Shown here piece by piece: positions 56,030 through 63,809 of a stretch of 64,000 nucleotides of DNA. Below the pieces are notes generated by a model. It was given only the letters and a program-made list of their open reading frames with translations, searched no databases and was not told the origin of the DNA. A program made the position numbers and the translations under genes. Source of the stretch: a virus (taxonomy: Duplodnaviria > Caudoviricetes); IMG/VR virus record IMGVR_UViG_3300037067_027602, positions 64,001 through 128,000 of that record. One strand, 5' to 3'. Positions within the stretch are counted from its first letter, which is position 1; each line of letters begins with the position of its first letter.

Positions 56030-56215
56030 CCCCCTCCCCCCTGAATGGCGGACGGATCGCTAAGTGAGGGCTTGTGATACTTTTTCCGGTGTTTTTCGCC
56101 GAAGGCCCGGCAAAAGTATCTCAAGCTTGAGCTTAGTGATACGTACGGCGTCTTCCTCCACGCCGAAGGCAACCTTTCGGCGGGGGCGTTGCGCCCCCTG
56201 TGCCGGGGGAGGGGG
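56030..56215 (-). ncRNA. Retron-like msr-msd ncRNA, unit A (long msd)
   Basis: 11-bp perfect a1/a2 repeat (56030-56040 / 56205-56215), G after the arm, two msr hairpins (56161-56198), UGGAGG, long imperfect msd hairpin about 56049-56147. Confidence 0.78.
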
Positions 56216-56222
56216 AATAAAA

Positions 56223-56771
56223 TCAGACGGAGCCCGGGGCGACCCAGGCCACGAGTGCCAGGACGGTCTCGCCGTCGGGGGCGACGCCGGCGAACAGCTC
56301 GGGCTCGATGTCGTCGGGGACGCCTCTCCTGTCGGTCAACGACACCAGGAGCTCCTTGTTGCGGCGGCTGGGGAGCAATTTCAGGAAATCCTCGTTCCCT
56401 CCCTGCAGCTCGTGGTAGACCTCCATGGTCATGCGGTAGAGCTTGCAGTCGTCGTTGTGGATGTCAATCTCCAGTTTGCCGTTCGGGTCGTTGTCCTGCC
56501 CGAGCCAGAACACGTCCCGGTCGTACAGGGAGAGGACTCCGCCGCCCTCGGGGGTGCTGTCGGTGGGACCGAACGAGTAGGTCTCTCCCAGGTCGTCGAC
56601 CATGTCGTCCTCGCTTTGGTTGAACGCCGCCCCGTCGTAGTTGGCCAGAACTTCGGCGAGATCCTCGAAGAAACGTCTGCGGGTATGGGGGTCGCCAAGC
56701 CACTCGCTATCCGGCGCGCCCATAAGCTGGATGGCCTGCAATAGCTCGGTCTCAGTAAGGTGCTTGCTCAT
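56223..56771 (-). CDS. Hypothetical acidic phage protein
   Basis: 182 aa with GGAG RBS. Confidence 0.65.
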   Translation of the reverse strand: MSKHLTETELLQAIQLMGAPDSEWLGDPHTRRRFFEDLAEVLANYDGAAFNQSEDDMVDDLGETYSFGPTDSTPEGGGVLSLYDRDVFWLGQDNDPNGKLEIDIHNDDCKLYRMTMEVYHELQGGNEDFLKLLPSRRNKELLVSLTDRRGVPDDIEPELFAGVAPDGETVLALVAWVAPGSV

Positions 56772-56783
56772 GATGATCTCCGT

Positions 56784-57200
56784 TCAGTTGTTGAAAAAGT
56801 TGTTGTCGAGCTGAAGGATACCCTCCTTCAGGATCTTGATCTCCACGGGCACCCCCGAGTGGCCGTTGGCGCAAAAGCGCATCTTCCCGCCGCAGACCCT
56901 GATCTGGAGATCGACTAGGGATTCCTTTGCGCCGCAAATCTCGCGGAGACGGATGGCCGCCCCCACCCCGACGCCCGAGGTCTCGTAAGTGTCTGTCTCA
57001 TACCCCACCGGGGCATCATCCACGAGCACCCCGTGCTGGCCGCACATGGCGGACACCGTGACGGAACGGAGCTCGGGGAGGAGCTTCTTGCCCTCGCCCT
57101 CCAGGAAGGCGTCGGCGCGCTCCACAACATCCAGGAGCTTGTGGTTCAGCTCGACCTCAAAGGCCGCCTCGCAGTCGCTGGCATTGGTCAACAGGTACAT
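56784..57200 (-). CDS. Hypothetical phage protein
   Basis: Start trimmed to MYLLTN (AGGAGG RBS). Confidence 0.65.
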   Translation of the reverse strand: MYLLTNASDCEAAFEVELNHKLLDVVERADAFLEGEGKKLLPELRSVTVSAMCGQHGVLVDDAPVGYETDTYETSGVGVGAAIRLREICGAKESLVDLQIRVCGGKMRFCANGHSGVPVEIKILKEGILQLDNNFFNN

Positions 57201-57201
57201 C

Positions 57202-57523
57202 TCAAGCCTCCTTTTTCCACGGGGGAGCCCCGCATTTTGAGTTCCAACTGGTGCAACCCTTCTCGTCGGCCGGATGCTCCATCTCGACATCCTCGGCTAG
57301 GCGCCAAAATTGTTGACGCTCGATAAACGCGTGGATGGAAATGAACGACACCACGAAACTTTTACGCCCCTGGTTGTTCCCCACGTCATGCAGCGTGCCA
57401 TAGCCCCGTTGCCCCTTGCGGTCATTGGGGATCTCGGGGAAGGACACGATGCTGTTCTTCCAGCGGTCGATGTTGGAGGCGTCGATCCCGTCCATCCAGA
57501 GCCGTCCGTTCCCGGGCTCCATG
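57202..57523 (-). CDS. Hypothetical phage protein
   Basis: Start trimmed to MEPGNG (GGAGG RBS); fills the gap exactly. Confidence 0.5.
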
Positions 57524-57524
57524 G

Positions 57525-57953
57525 TCAACCCTCCTCGATGGTGACGCCGTCGGCGTTCTTGATGTCGTCGTAGGTCTCCGTCGCGACATGGCCGCAGCTG
57601 TCGCACTGCGCCCGGAGGAACGCCTCCAGATCGGTGGTCTCGGTCATGTCGACAGGCTCCAAATCCAGCCGCTCCTCGGACAGCTCAATCACGGAGAACT
57701 CGCGGCACACTTGCCGGGTGAAGCTCCTGTAGACCATCTCCAGGCGGTCGCAGCCGCACTCGGGGCACTTGAAGCGCAGCGTCTTGTTTTTCTCCTTACC
57801 AGTGGCCTTCTCGACCTCTTCGATGAGATTCCTGGCCATGACCGCGGTCAGATCCCCGTCGCCACCAGAGGCGTGGCGATGGGCATCAACATGGGGCAGG
57901 CATTGCTTCAACGCCGCCAGCAGTTTCGAGACCATTTCCTGTTTGTTGTCCAT
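57525..57953 (-). CDS. Zinc-ribbon phage protein
   Basis: CPECGC...CDSCG; N-terminal LLAALK...ARNLI module. Confidence 0.65.
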   Translation of the reverse strand: MDNKQEMVSKLLAALKQCLPHVDAHRHASGGDGDLTAVMARNLIEEVEKATGKEKNKTLRFKCPECGCDRLEMVYRSFTRQVCREFSVIELSEERLDLEPVDMTETTDLEAFLRAQCDSCGHVATETYDDIKNADGVTIEEG

Positions 57954-57956
57954 GGT

Positions 57957-58577
57957 TCAACCCTCCCAGTTCAAGTTGTCGTAACGCCTCCGCAAGTCTT
58001 CGACCAGGTCGGACAGCTCCTTGCGGACGTCGCAAGGCTCCAGAACCTCGAACTCCGGGTCGAGAAGAGCTTTCACGTCGTCCACCGCGAACTCCGCCCC
58101 CTCCCTCAGCCCGGGCTCGATCTCGGGCATGCTGACCAGCACCAGACTCACAGGGGCGGACGCTAACACGGACACTCCCGTGTTCTCGCTGTCGTCCAGC
58201 ACATAGACCTCCGGGATCTGGCCTCCGGCGACGAGCTTGTCCAGGGTCTCCTTGGTGAACACCTTCTCCCGGAGCCCCTCCTCGAAACGCTTGTTGAGCC
58301 AGGGGACGCAGCTGTATGGAACAGGAGCGGAGCGGTCGCCCCAGGTGTACCAGTGAACGACGTCCCTGTGGATTCCGGCGAGAGCCGCGTAGCAGGGGGA
58401 GACCTCCCTGTTTCTGAAGACTAAACCGCATTCTCGGTGGATGGCCTTCTCGCTCTCCACGGGGGTTGCGTGGATGTCCCAGACGGCCAAGGGGTCCGGG
58501 TTGGTGACACGGTGGTCGAGCTCGACATGGAACAGCTGCTCCCCGCCGTCCACCTTGTTTTGCAATTTGATGAACAT
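57957..58577 (-). CDS. Hypothetical phage protein
   Basis: Start trimmed to MFIKLQ (GGAGG RBS). Confidence 0.6.
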   Translation of the reverse strand: MFIKLQNKVDGGEQLFHVELDHRVTNPDPLAVWDIHATPVESEKAIHRECGLVFRNREVSPCYAALAGIHRDVVHWYTWGDRSAPVPYSCVPWLNKRFEEGLREKVFTKETLDKLVAGGQIPEVYVLDDSENTGVSVLASAPVSLVLVSMPEIEPGLREGAEFAVDDVKALLDPEFEVLEPCDVRKELSDLVEDLRRRYDNLNWEG

Positions 58578-58579
58578 GG

Positions 58580-58984
58580 TCAAACCTCCTTCGCGATTTT
58601 CTCGAACTCGGCGTCCTCGATGGCGCAGGTCTCTCCCATCCCGTCGTCGTCGTGGAAGCGGAACCAGACGAAGGCGCCGTCGAAAGCCATCTCGACCGAG
58701 CCGTTCTTGGCCTGCCAGTTCCAAACATGGTCCTTCTCCCGGGGGTATTTGACCCAGTCGCGGGGGCCGAACTCGGACTTCGGCAGACGTTCCCCGCAAA
58801 GGGTGGCCTGGACGCCTTCGTCCGTGGTCATCGCCATCATGGTAACGGCGGGCTCCGACCTGGACTCGAACGCCAGCTTCATCCGGCGATGGGTTTCCGC
58901 CAAGGCCTTGCCGACCATGACTTTCATGGTCTCCTCAGCCCCGGAAGCCCTATCGAGAACCTTGAGATGCAACATGGTGGGCAT
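58580..58984 (-). CDS. Hypothetical phage protein
   Basis: Start trimmed to MPTMLH (AAGGAG RBS). Confidence 0.6.
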   Translation of the reverse strand: MPTMLHLKVLDRASGAEETMKVMVGKALAETHRRMKLAFESRSEPAVTMMAMTTDEGVQATLCGERLPKSEFGPRDWVKYPREKDHVWNWQAKNGSVEMAFDGAFVWFRFHDDDGMGETCAIEDAEFEKIAKEV

Positions 58985-59006
58985 GATAAGCCACTCCTTT
59001 GTTTTG

Positions 59007-59495
59007 TTATTCTGGTTCCACCAAATCCGTCCCATCCCCCTCGTCGTAGGGAGGGGCCTTGCTCCTGGCCATGAAGATGGACTGCTTTTTCCTGGAGCAG
59101 AGCCCTATCTTCTGCCGCATGTCCATCCCGTCCCAGATCTCCTTCCTGGCCTCGTCCTGCAACCGGAGATAGCGGTCGTCGTCGAGGACGGGGTAATGGG
59201 AAATCTCCTGGTCGATCTTGTCGGCCTCCTTCTCGGCCTTGCCGCCGCGCTTGACCAGCAGGTGCTCGATCCAGCCGCAAGTCCAGTGATGGCAACGCTT
59301 GATTTTGACCTCGTCGCCCTCGCCGCCCAGACGCTCCAGGGCGGACTCCCAGTTGCTCCTGGTGAGTATCTGGGCGTCTCGGTTGTTACCGACACAGGGG
59401 ACGACAACCCAGCCGTCGTCCTCCTCGTCGCCCATGAAGTTGTCGGCGTTGGTGCCGATCCCGCCCTGTTTCAGGGTCTCCTTGAACGTCAGCAT
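59007..59495 (-). CDS. Phage early protein (SNW...HW.CGW.E...YPVLDD pattern)
   Basis: Motif pattern I recognise from small phage hypothetical proteins; function unknown. Confidence 0.65.
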   Translation of the reverse strand: MLTFKETLKQGGIGTNADNFMGDEEDDGWVVVPCVGNNRDAQILTRSNWESALERLGGEGDEVKIKRCHHWTCGWIEHLLVKRGGKAEKEADKIDQEISHYPVLDDDRYLRLQDEARKEIWDGMDMRQKIGLCSRKKQSIFMARSKAPPYDEGDGTDLVEPE

Positions 59496-59806
59496 GGCAC
59501 GTCCTCACAGGAAACGTCACCGGTGTAGTAGACGCAGCCGTCGTGTTTCCCGATGAACTCCAGGCAATAGCCCGCCACCCCCGACACCACGATCGGGGTC
59601 TCCAGGGAGAAACCGGGGTCTCCGAAAACCTCCAGGGACTTGATCTTGACGTCGGAGGCGTCCATCTTCACGGCCTTGAACTCCAGGCCGTGGGATCTCG
59701 CCACCTCCGAGGCTTTGACGGCCACATTTTGAATGAACCCGGCGGGGATGGAACATTCCACCCACCCGCACTTCTCCGTGTCGCGGTACAACGCATGTCT
59801 ACTCAT
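59489..59806 (-). CDS. Hypothetical phage protein
   Basis: 105 aa, overlapping neighbours. Confidence 0.6.
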   Translation of the reverse strand: MSRHALYRDTEKCGWVECSIPAGFIQNVAVKASEVARSHGLEFKAVKMDASDVKIKSLEVFGDPGFSLETPIVVSGVAGYCLEFIGKHDGCVYYTGDVSCEDVPC

Positions 59807-60039
59807 GGAGAAATCCTTCCGGTTGTGTTGAAGACGAAATACTGTAGCCTGCCAAGATACCCGGTTACTACCATCTTATAACTCCAAACATCTTTCAGGA
59901 AAAGGCATGGGCTATGACCGTTGACCTCCGCCGCCCGGCTGCAACGGCCGCTTGCCAAAGCTTCCTCCTCCATGGCGGAAACTTTATCCGGGCCGAGGAG
60001 GGACTCCATCTCCTTTTTGTTGAGCATGAACATGCTCAT
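59803..60039 (-). CDS. Hypothetical phage protein
   Basis: MSMFMLNKKE..., the only protein-like part of the 496-aa track ORF; 4-nt overlaps on both sides. Confidence 0.55.
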   Translation of the reverse strand: MSMFMLNKKEMESLLGPDKVSAMEEEALASGRCSRAAEVNGHSPCLFLKDVWSYKMVVTGYLGRLQYFVFNTTGRISP

Positions 60040-60671
60040 GGATAGAAGTCGAGTTTGCCGTTGACCTTCTGCGGCTCGACCTCCCCAAACTCCTCGGCCT
60101 TCTTCTGGAGCACGTCCTTGTGGGGGTACTCCCTGCGGTCGGAGAAGCCGCAACCATGCCCGTTCCTGGCCAGCCAGAAGTCGTGGCCGAATTGGTTGAT
60201 GGGGACATTGTCGGTGAAGCAGCGGGCGGAGCCCAGGAAGGAGCCGCAATCGAAGTAGGCGCGCAACTGGGCCGACCTCGTTACCTCGATCTCTTGGTAG
60301 TTCTTCTTGAACTCCAAGGGCTCCTCGCTCGTCCAGGCCACGGCCAGCAGGTAATGCTTGACCATCTCCTTGATATTGGCCTTGGTGAACTCCAGCAGCT
60401 TGCGGGGCTCGCCGGGGAGGTAGAGATGGCCGGTCTCGACTTCGATGGCGTAGTCGTAGGCGAACTTGACGTAGGGGGTCTCGGAGGCGATCGCCTCGAA
60501 CTTTTTCTGGGTGCCGTACGACCAGCAAGAGACGGTCGACCAGGTCTCCCCGGTGCAGAACATGAAGAGCGGCTCGGCCTTCCTCAAGTTCTCGTCGCCG
60601 GTCTGGGCCATGATCCGCCTGGCGTGGGCCAGGGCGGGTCTTGAGATGTGGCAGAAGGGAACTTTGTACAT
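60036..60671 (-). CDS. Phage protein (GHDFWL.RNGHG.GF pattern)
   Basis: FGHDFWLARNGHGCGFSDR motif; function unknown. Confidence 0.7.
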   Translation of the reverse strand: MYKVPFCHISRPALAHARRIMAQTGDENLRKAEPLFMFCTGETWSTVSCWSYGTQKKFEAIASETPYVKFAYDYAIEVETGHLYLPGEPRKLLEFTKANIKEMVKHYLLAVAWTSEEPLEFKKNYQEIEVTRSAQLRAYFDCGSFLGSARCFTDNVPINQFGHDFWLARNGHGCGFSDRREYPHKDVLQKKAEEFGEVEPQKVNGKLDFYP

Positions 60672-60680
60672 GATGGACTC

Positions 60681-61049
60681 CTAGACTGTGGGTTTGCGGT
60701 TGAGCTCGGGCTTCCAGGGGAAGGCGGCCGCCTCCTCGAACTCCTTCATGTGGCCGGCGAAGAACTTGCCGATCCTGAGGGCGAAGGACTTGACCTCGGG
60801 GAACGGGACGGGCTTCCAGATGTTCAGCTCGCGGAACTCCTCGGGGCAGCTGGCCATCCGGGCGAGGGAGTGGAGGACGATCAGGTCGGAGACCTGCTTG
60901 TTGATGTCGCCCCCCTCGGTGGCGAACACGCTGTTGACGTAGAGGACTTTGCCCTTGTCCCTGCTCAGCAGGAACCTGTCGTTGTGGTCGTCCTGGGCCA
61001 TGGAGAGGCCGAGGAGGAGCACCTTCTTCCTGATTTGTTTTAAGCTCAT
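60681..61049 (-). CDS. Hypothetical phage protein
   Basis: 122 aa with GAGG RBS. Confidence 0.6.
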   Translation of the reverse strand: MSLKQIRKKVLLLGLSMAQDDHNDRFLLSRDKGKVLYVNSVFATEGGDINKQVSDLIVLHSLARMASCPEEFRELNIWKPVPFPEVKSFALRIGKFFAGHMKEFEEAAAFPWKPELNRKPTV

Positions 61050-61052
61050 GGC

Positions 61053-61448
61053 TCAGCCCTCCTCTTCCTGGGCGTCGATCTCCTTGGCGCGCTCCTTGGC
61101 CACGTCCACGTCTAGGTCGTCGTCGTAGACAGGGTAGCGGGAGAACTGCTCCTCCAGAGCCTCGACGAAGGAGGCGAAGCCCTTCTCCCGCTCGCCGACC
61201 CCGCTCTTGACGGCGAAGGCTTTCAGCTCGTCGCCGTCGTGGATCTTCTTGGGGGTGCCGTCGTCCTCGATCTCCGACTCCTCGAAGTCCCATTCCCCGA
61301 CCTTGGCTCCGTTGGTGTCCAGGCAGACGTCATGGCTGAAGCCGCTGTTCACCTTTTTGGTGACCTCCAAAAGTATCTTGGCCACTTCGTCCCTGCCACC
61401 GTCCGCGAAGGCGGCGTTGCAACTGTCCATTGTCATCGAAAATTTCAT
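61053..61448 (-). CDS. Acidic phage protein (NAAF...D.NG..VG.W pattern)
   Basis: Start trimmed to MKFSMT (GGAG RBS). Confidence 0.65.
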   Translation of the reverse strand: MKFSMTMDSCNAAFADGGRDEVAKILLEVTKKVNSGFSHDVCLDTNGAKVGEWDFEESEIEDDGTPKKIHDGDELKAFAVKSGVGEREKGFASFVEALEEQFSRYPVYDDDLDVDVAKERAKEIDAQEEEG

Positions 61449-61459
61449 AATCGTTCTCC

Positions 61460-62056
61460 CTAGTTGTGCCCCCAGTTGTGGGCGTAGATGAATTTGCCGT
61501 CGCACTTCTCGACCCGGAAAAGCTGCCCGTCGACCACGAAGGTCGCGGACGGGGGATACCCCTTGCCCTCCCAGATCTCGGCCTGCTGCTCTATCCACCT
61601 GGCGGTGATAGGTTTCTTGAAAGGGGAGTTGTGGTTCGCCCTGGCCAGCAGCAGCTCAAAATCGGAGACGATTTTCTCGTTCAGGTCGTCGGTGGAAATC
61701 TTGGAGGCCATCGCGTCGATGCCCAACCACCGCTTCAGCTCGTTCCCCTTGAGGGAGACCGCGAAGCTACGCAGGTGCTCCACGGCCTTGTCCCTGTCGG
61801 TGAACAGCCGCGCCCCGTAGCCATTGCCGCCGCTCCCGGCGTAGGGCGGGATGTCGTGGTATTTGCAGCAGGTGTCGTCAGGATGGTAGACGCAAGGCGG
61901 CAGGTTGGGGTCGAGCCTCCTGGCCTTGGCCTTGACGGCCTTGGGGCTGTAGTTCCAGATATAGCCGCGGTCCTCGACCTCCTCCAGCTTGAAGGCGATG
62001 GTGATGTCGTTGGCTCCGTGGAGCCCGGCGATCGTCGCGATATAGGTCGTCTTCAT
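61460..62056 (-). CDS. Hypothetical phage protein
   Basis: Start trimmed to MKTTYI (GGAGG RBS, 4-nt overlap). Confidence 0.6.
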   Translation of the reverse strand: MKTTYIATIAGLHGANDITIAFKLEEVEDRGYIWNYSPKAVKAKARRLDPNLPPCVYHPDDTCCKYHDIPPYAGSGGNGYGARLFTDRDKAVEHLRSFAVSLKGNELKRWLGIDAMASKISTDDLNEKIVSDFELLLARANHNSPFKKPITARWIEQQAEIWEGKGYPPSATFVVDGQLFRVEKCDGKFIYAHNWGHN

Positions 62057-62601
62057 GGTTTCACCTCCGGCCGGCAGATAGCCAGTGATTCCATAGCCTG
62101 CAAGAAGAACCTCGACGTCATGTCCGGCGTCTCCAGCAGCCGGGTGAGGGACGGCAGTTTCATCCATCCGTCCCTGCCCTTGACATAGCGGCTGACAAGG
62201 GACATGGTCGGAAACATCTCCGCCGCGCGCCGGCCGGTGAACTCCAGCTGCAAAAACCGGTCGGAGCCAAGATGATACTCGCACTTCGGCTCCGGCAAAA
62301 ACTCGACGCCGATGGCCGAATCCATGATGGCCAAGACGCCATTATGGAACAGACCCACCGAGGAGGCCATGTCCGCGAGGAACACCTTCTTGCCACACTT
62401 CGTCCTCCAGCAGCGCCCGGCCGGGTCGTAGGCGAACGCCCCTTTGAACAGGCGCTCGTCCAGGACGAACCGGGTTGCATGGTCATTCTTGTTGACGCAC
62501 TCGTGGCGCCATTCCCCTTTTGATCCGATGTGGTTGGACAGCACAAGTGCCGTGTTCTCACTGCGAACGTCTCCCGAAAAGACAAGTTTGATCTTGCCCA
62601 T
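62053..62601 (-). CDS. Hypothetical phage protein, paralog of 63225-63809
   Basis: Shared motifs described in findings. Confidence 0.65.
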   Translation of the reverse strand: MGKIKLVFSGDVRSENTALVLSNHIGSKGEWRHECVNKNDHATRFVLDERLFKGAFAYDPAGRCWRTKCGKKVFLADMASSVGLFHNGVLAIMDSAIGVEFLPEPKCEYHLGSDRFLQLEFTGRRAAEMFPTMSLVSRYVKGRDGWMKLPSLTRLLETPDMTSRFFLQAMESLAICRPEVKP

Positions 62602-62628
62602 GGTTCCGTACTCCGTTCTGGTTGTTTT

Positions 62629-62931
62629 TTAGTGCTTCAACTTGCCGATGAGGTGGGCGAACTTGCCCCAGCGTTTGGGGAACCTGTCCACCAGCTTCCT
62701 CAAATCCTCGTTGGTGAGCGGGTTCTTGGGGTCGTTGATCATGTCGGCGAAATGGGCGTTCTCGATGTCGCCCGACGTCCTCACCATCAGGCTGTCGCCG
62801 CTCCTCCCCAGGATTTTGATGTCCGGGAGTTTGGAGTCCTTGTCGTCCCCCACCACCTGAACCTCCAGCCTATCCCCCATGCCGGGGAAACGCCTGGAGA
62901 TCTCGTCCTGGATGCTCTTGGCCTTGTCCAT
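62629..62931 (-). CDS. Hypothetical phage protein
   Basis: Start trimmed to MDKAKS (AAGGA RBS). Confidence 0.6.
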   Translation of the reverse strand: MDKAKSIQDEISRRFPGMGDRLEVQVVGDDKDSKLPDIKILGRSGDSLMVRTSGDIENAHFADMINDPKNPLTNEDLRKLVDRFPKRWGKFAHLIGKLKH

Positions 62932-62932
62932 G

Positions 62933-63223
62933 TCATGTATCCTTTCGTTTTTTGAACACAACTCCACAGCCATCGGCGCGCTGATAGATCTTCCCGTCCT
63001 TGAGCGCCTTGACGGCGTAGCCTCTGCAATTGAGTCCGGGCGTCAGCGTGTCGGTCTTCGGGTCTTGGCACGTCGGACGCCAATCGCACTGGCGGCAGAT
63101 GTTTTCGCTGTCGCCTTCCCATCGGGGGCCTTTGGGCACGGCGTAGTAACCGTCCGGTGCGTCGTCCGGATCGCAGGTTATCCCACGGTCGGACATCGTG
63201 AAAGGGTCTTGTTTTCCCGCCAT
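62933..63223 (-). CDS. Small Cys-rich phage protein
   Basis: CRQCDW...C...C...R.DG..VVFK; start trimmed to MAGKQD. Confidence 0.6.
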   Translation of the reverse strand: MAGKQDPFTMSDRGITCDPDDAPDGYYAVPKGPRWEGDSENICRQCDWRPTCQDPKTDTLTPGLNCRGYAVKALKDGKIYQRADGCGVVFKKRKDT

Positions 63224-63224
63224 G

Positions 63225-63809
63225 TCATGCCCCTTTGTATGCGAATTTGTGGCGGCAGGTCTCAAGGGAAATCCTCAGCCTGCTGTTGATGAACTCATAT
63301 TCGGTTTGACTGGCCGCGGTGTAGAGGATGGCCGGCAGCCTCAACCAGTTTTCCTCGTCGACCCTGACGTAGCGGAGAGCCTCCATCTCGTTGGGGAACG
63401 AGAGTTTCGGGGCGAACCCCTCCTTCGGCCTGACGGAGAGGATCAGCCCGCCGTCCTCGTGAGAGGTGTCGGGGCGAAGGATCGGCTTGCCCTTCTCCAT
63501 CTGGGAACCAGAGCAGAACAGATCGGAACCCTGTCCACACTTGGCACTGGTGGCCACGCAAACCCCGAAGCAGAGATCCTGCAAGTAGACCTCACCGTAG
63601 ATAGACCTCCAGGAGCAGGACGACCTGCTGTATTTGAACAGGTTTTTAAAGACCTCCTCGTCCAGGGTGAAGCAGGTCGTCACCGGCTCCCGGGAGATCC
63701 GCGCCTCGGCGACGTCTCCCATGTCGTCGTGGTCGACATGGTCAAACATCTTCTTTGTGACATCGCCCTTGTAGTGGGCGAAGATTTCCTTTCTGGATCT
63801 CGTCCTCAT
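63225..63809 (-). CDS. Hypothetical phage protein, paralog of 62053-62601
   Basis: Start trimmed to MRTRSR (AAGGAG RBS). Confidence 0.65.
   Translation of the reverse strand: MRTRSRKEIFAHYKGDVTKKMFDHVDHDDMGDVAEARISREPVTTCFTLDEEVFKNLFKYSRSSCSWRSIYGEVYLQDLCFGVCVATSAKCGQGSDLFCSGSQMEKGKPILRPDTSHEDGGLILSVRPKEGFAPKLSFPNEMEALRYVRVDEENWLRLPAILYTAASQTEYEFINSRLRISLETCRHKFAYKGA

Noticed and set aside
55886-56222. tRNA, CRISPR array or simple terminator cluster as the explanation for this gap
   Set aside because: No T-loop/anticodon cloverleaf and no direct repeat-spacer periodicity; nested long-range stems with shared internal motifs exceed what terminators explain.
57200-57350. Third retron-like ncRNA (contains GGTTG and short inverted repeats)
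   Set aside because: Lies within a plausible CDS and lacks the GGGGCG-NNN-CGCCC stem, UGGAGG and a clean a1/a2 pair.
59803-61293. 496-aa minus-strand ORF (likewise 26555-28162)
   Set aside because: Arg/Gly/Pro-rich alternative frame over real genes; only the last 78 aa of the first look genuine.
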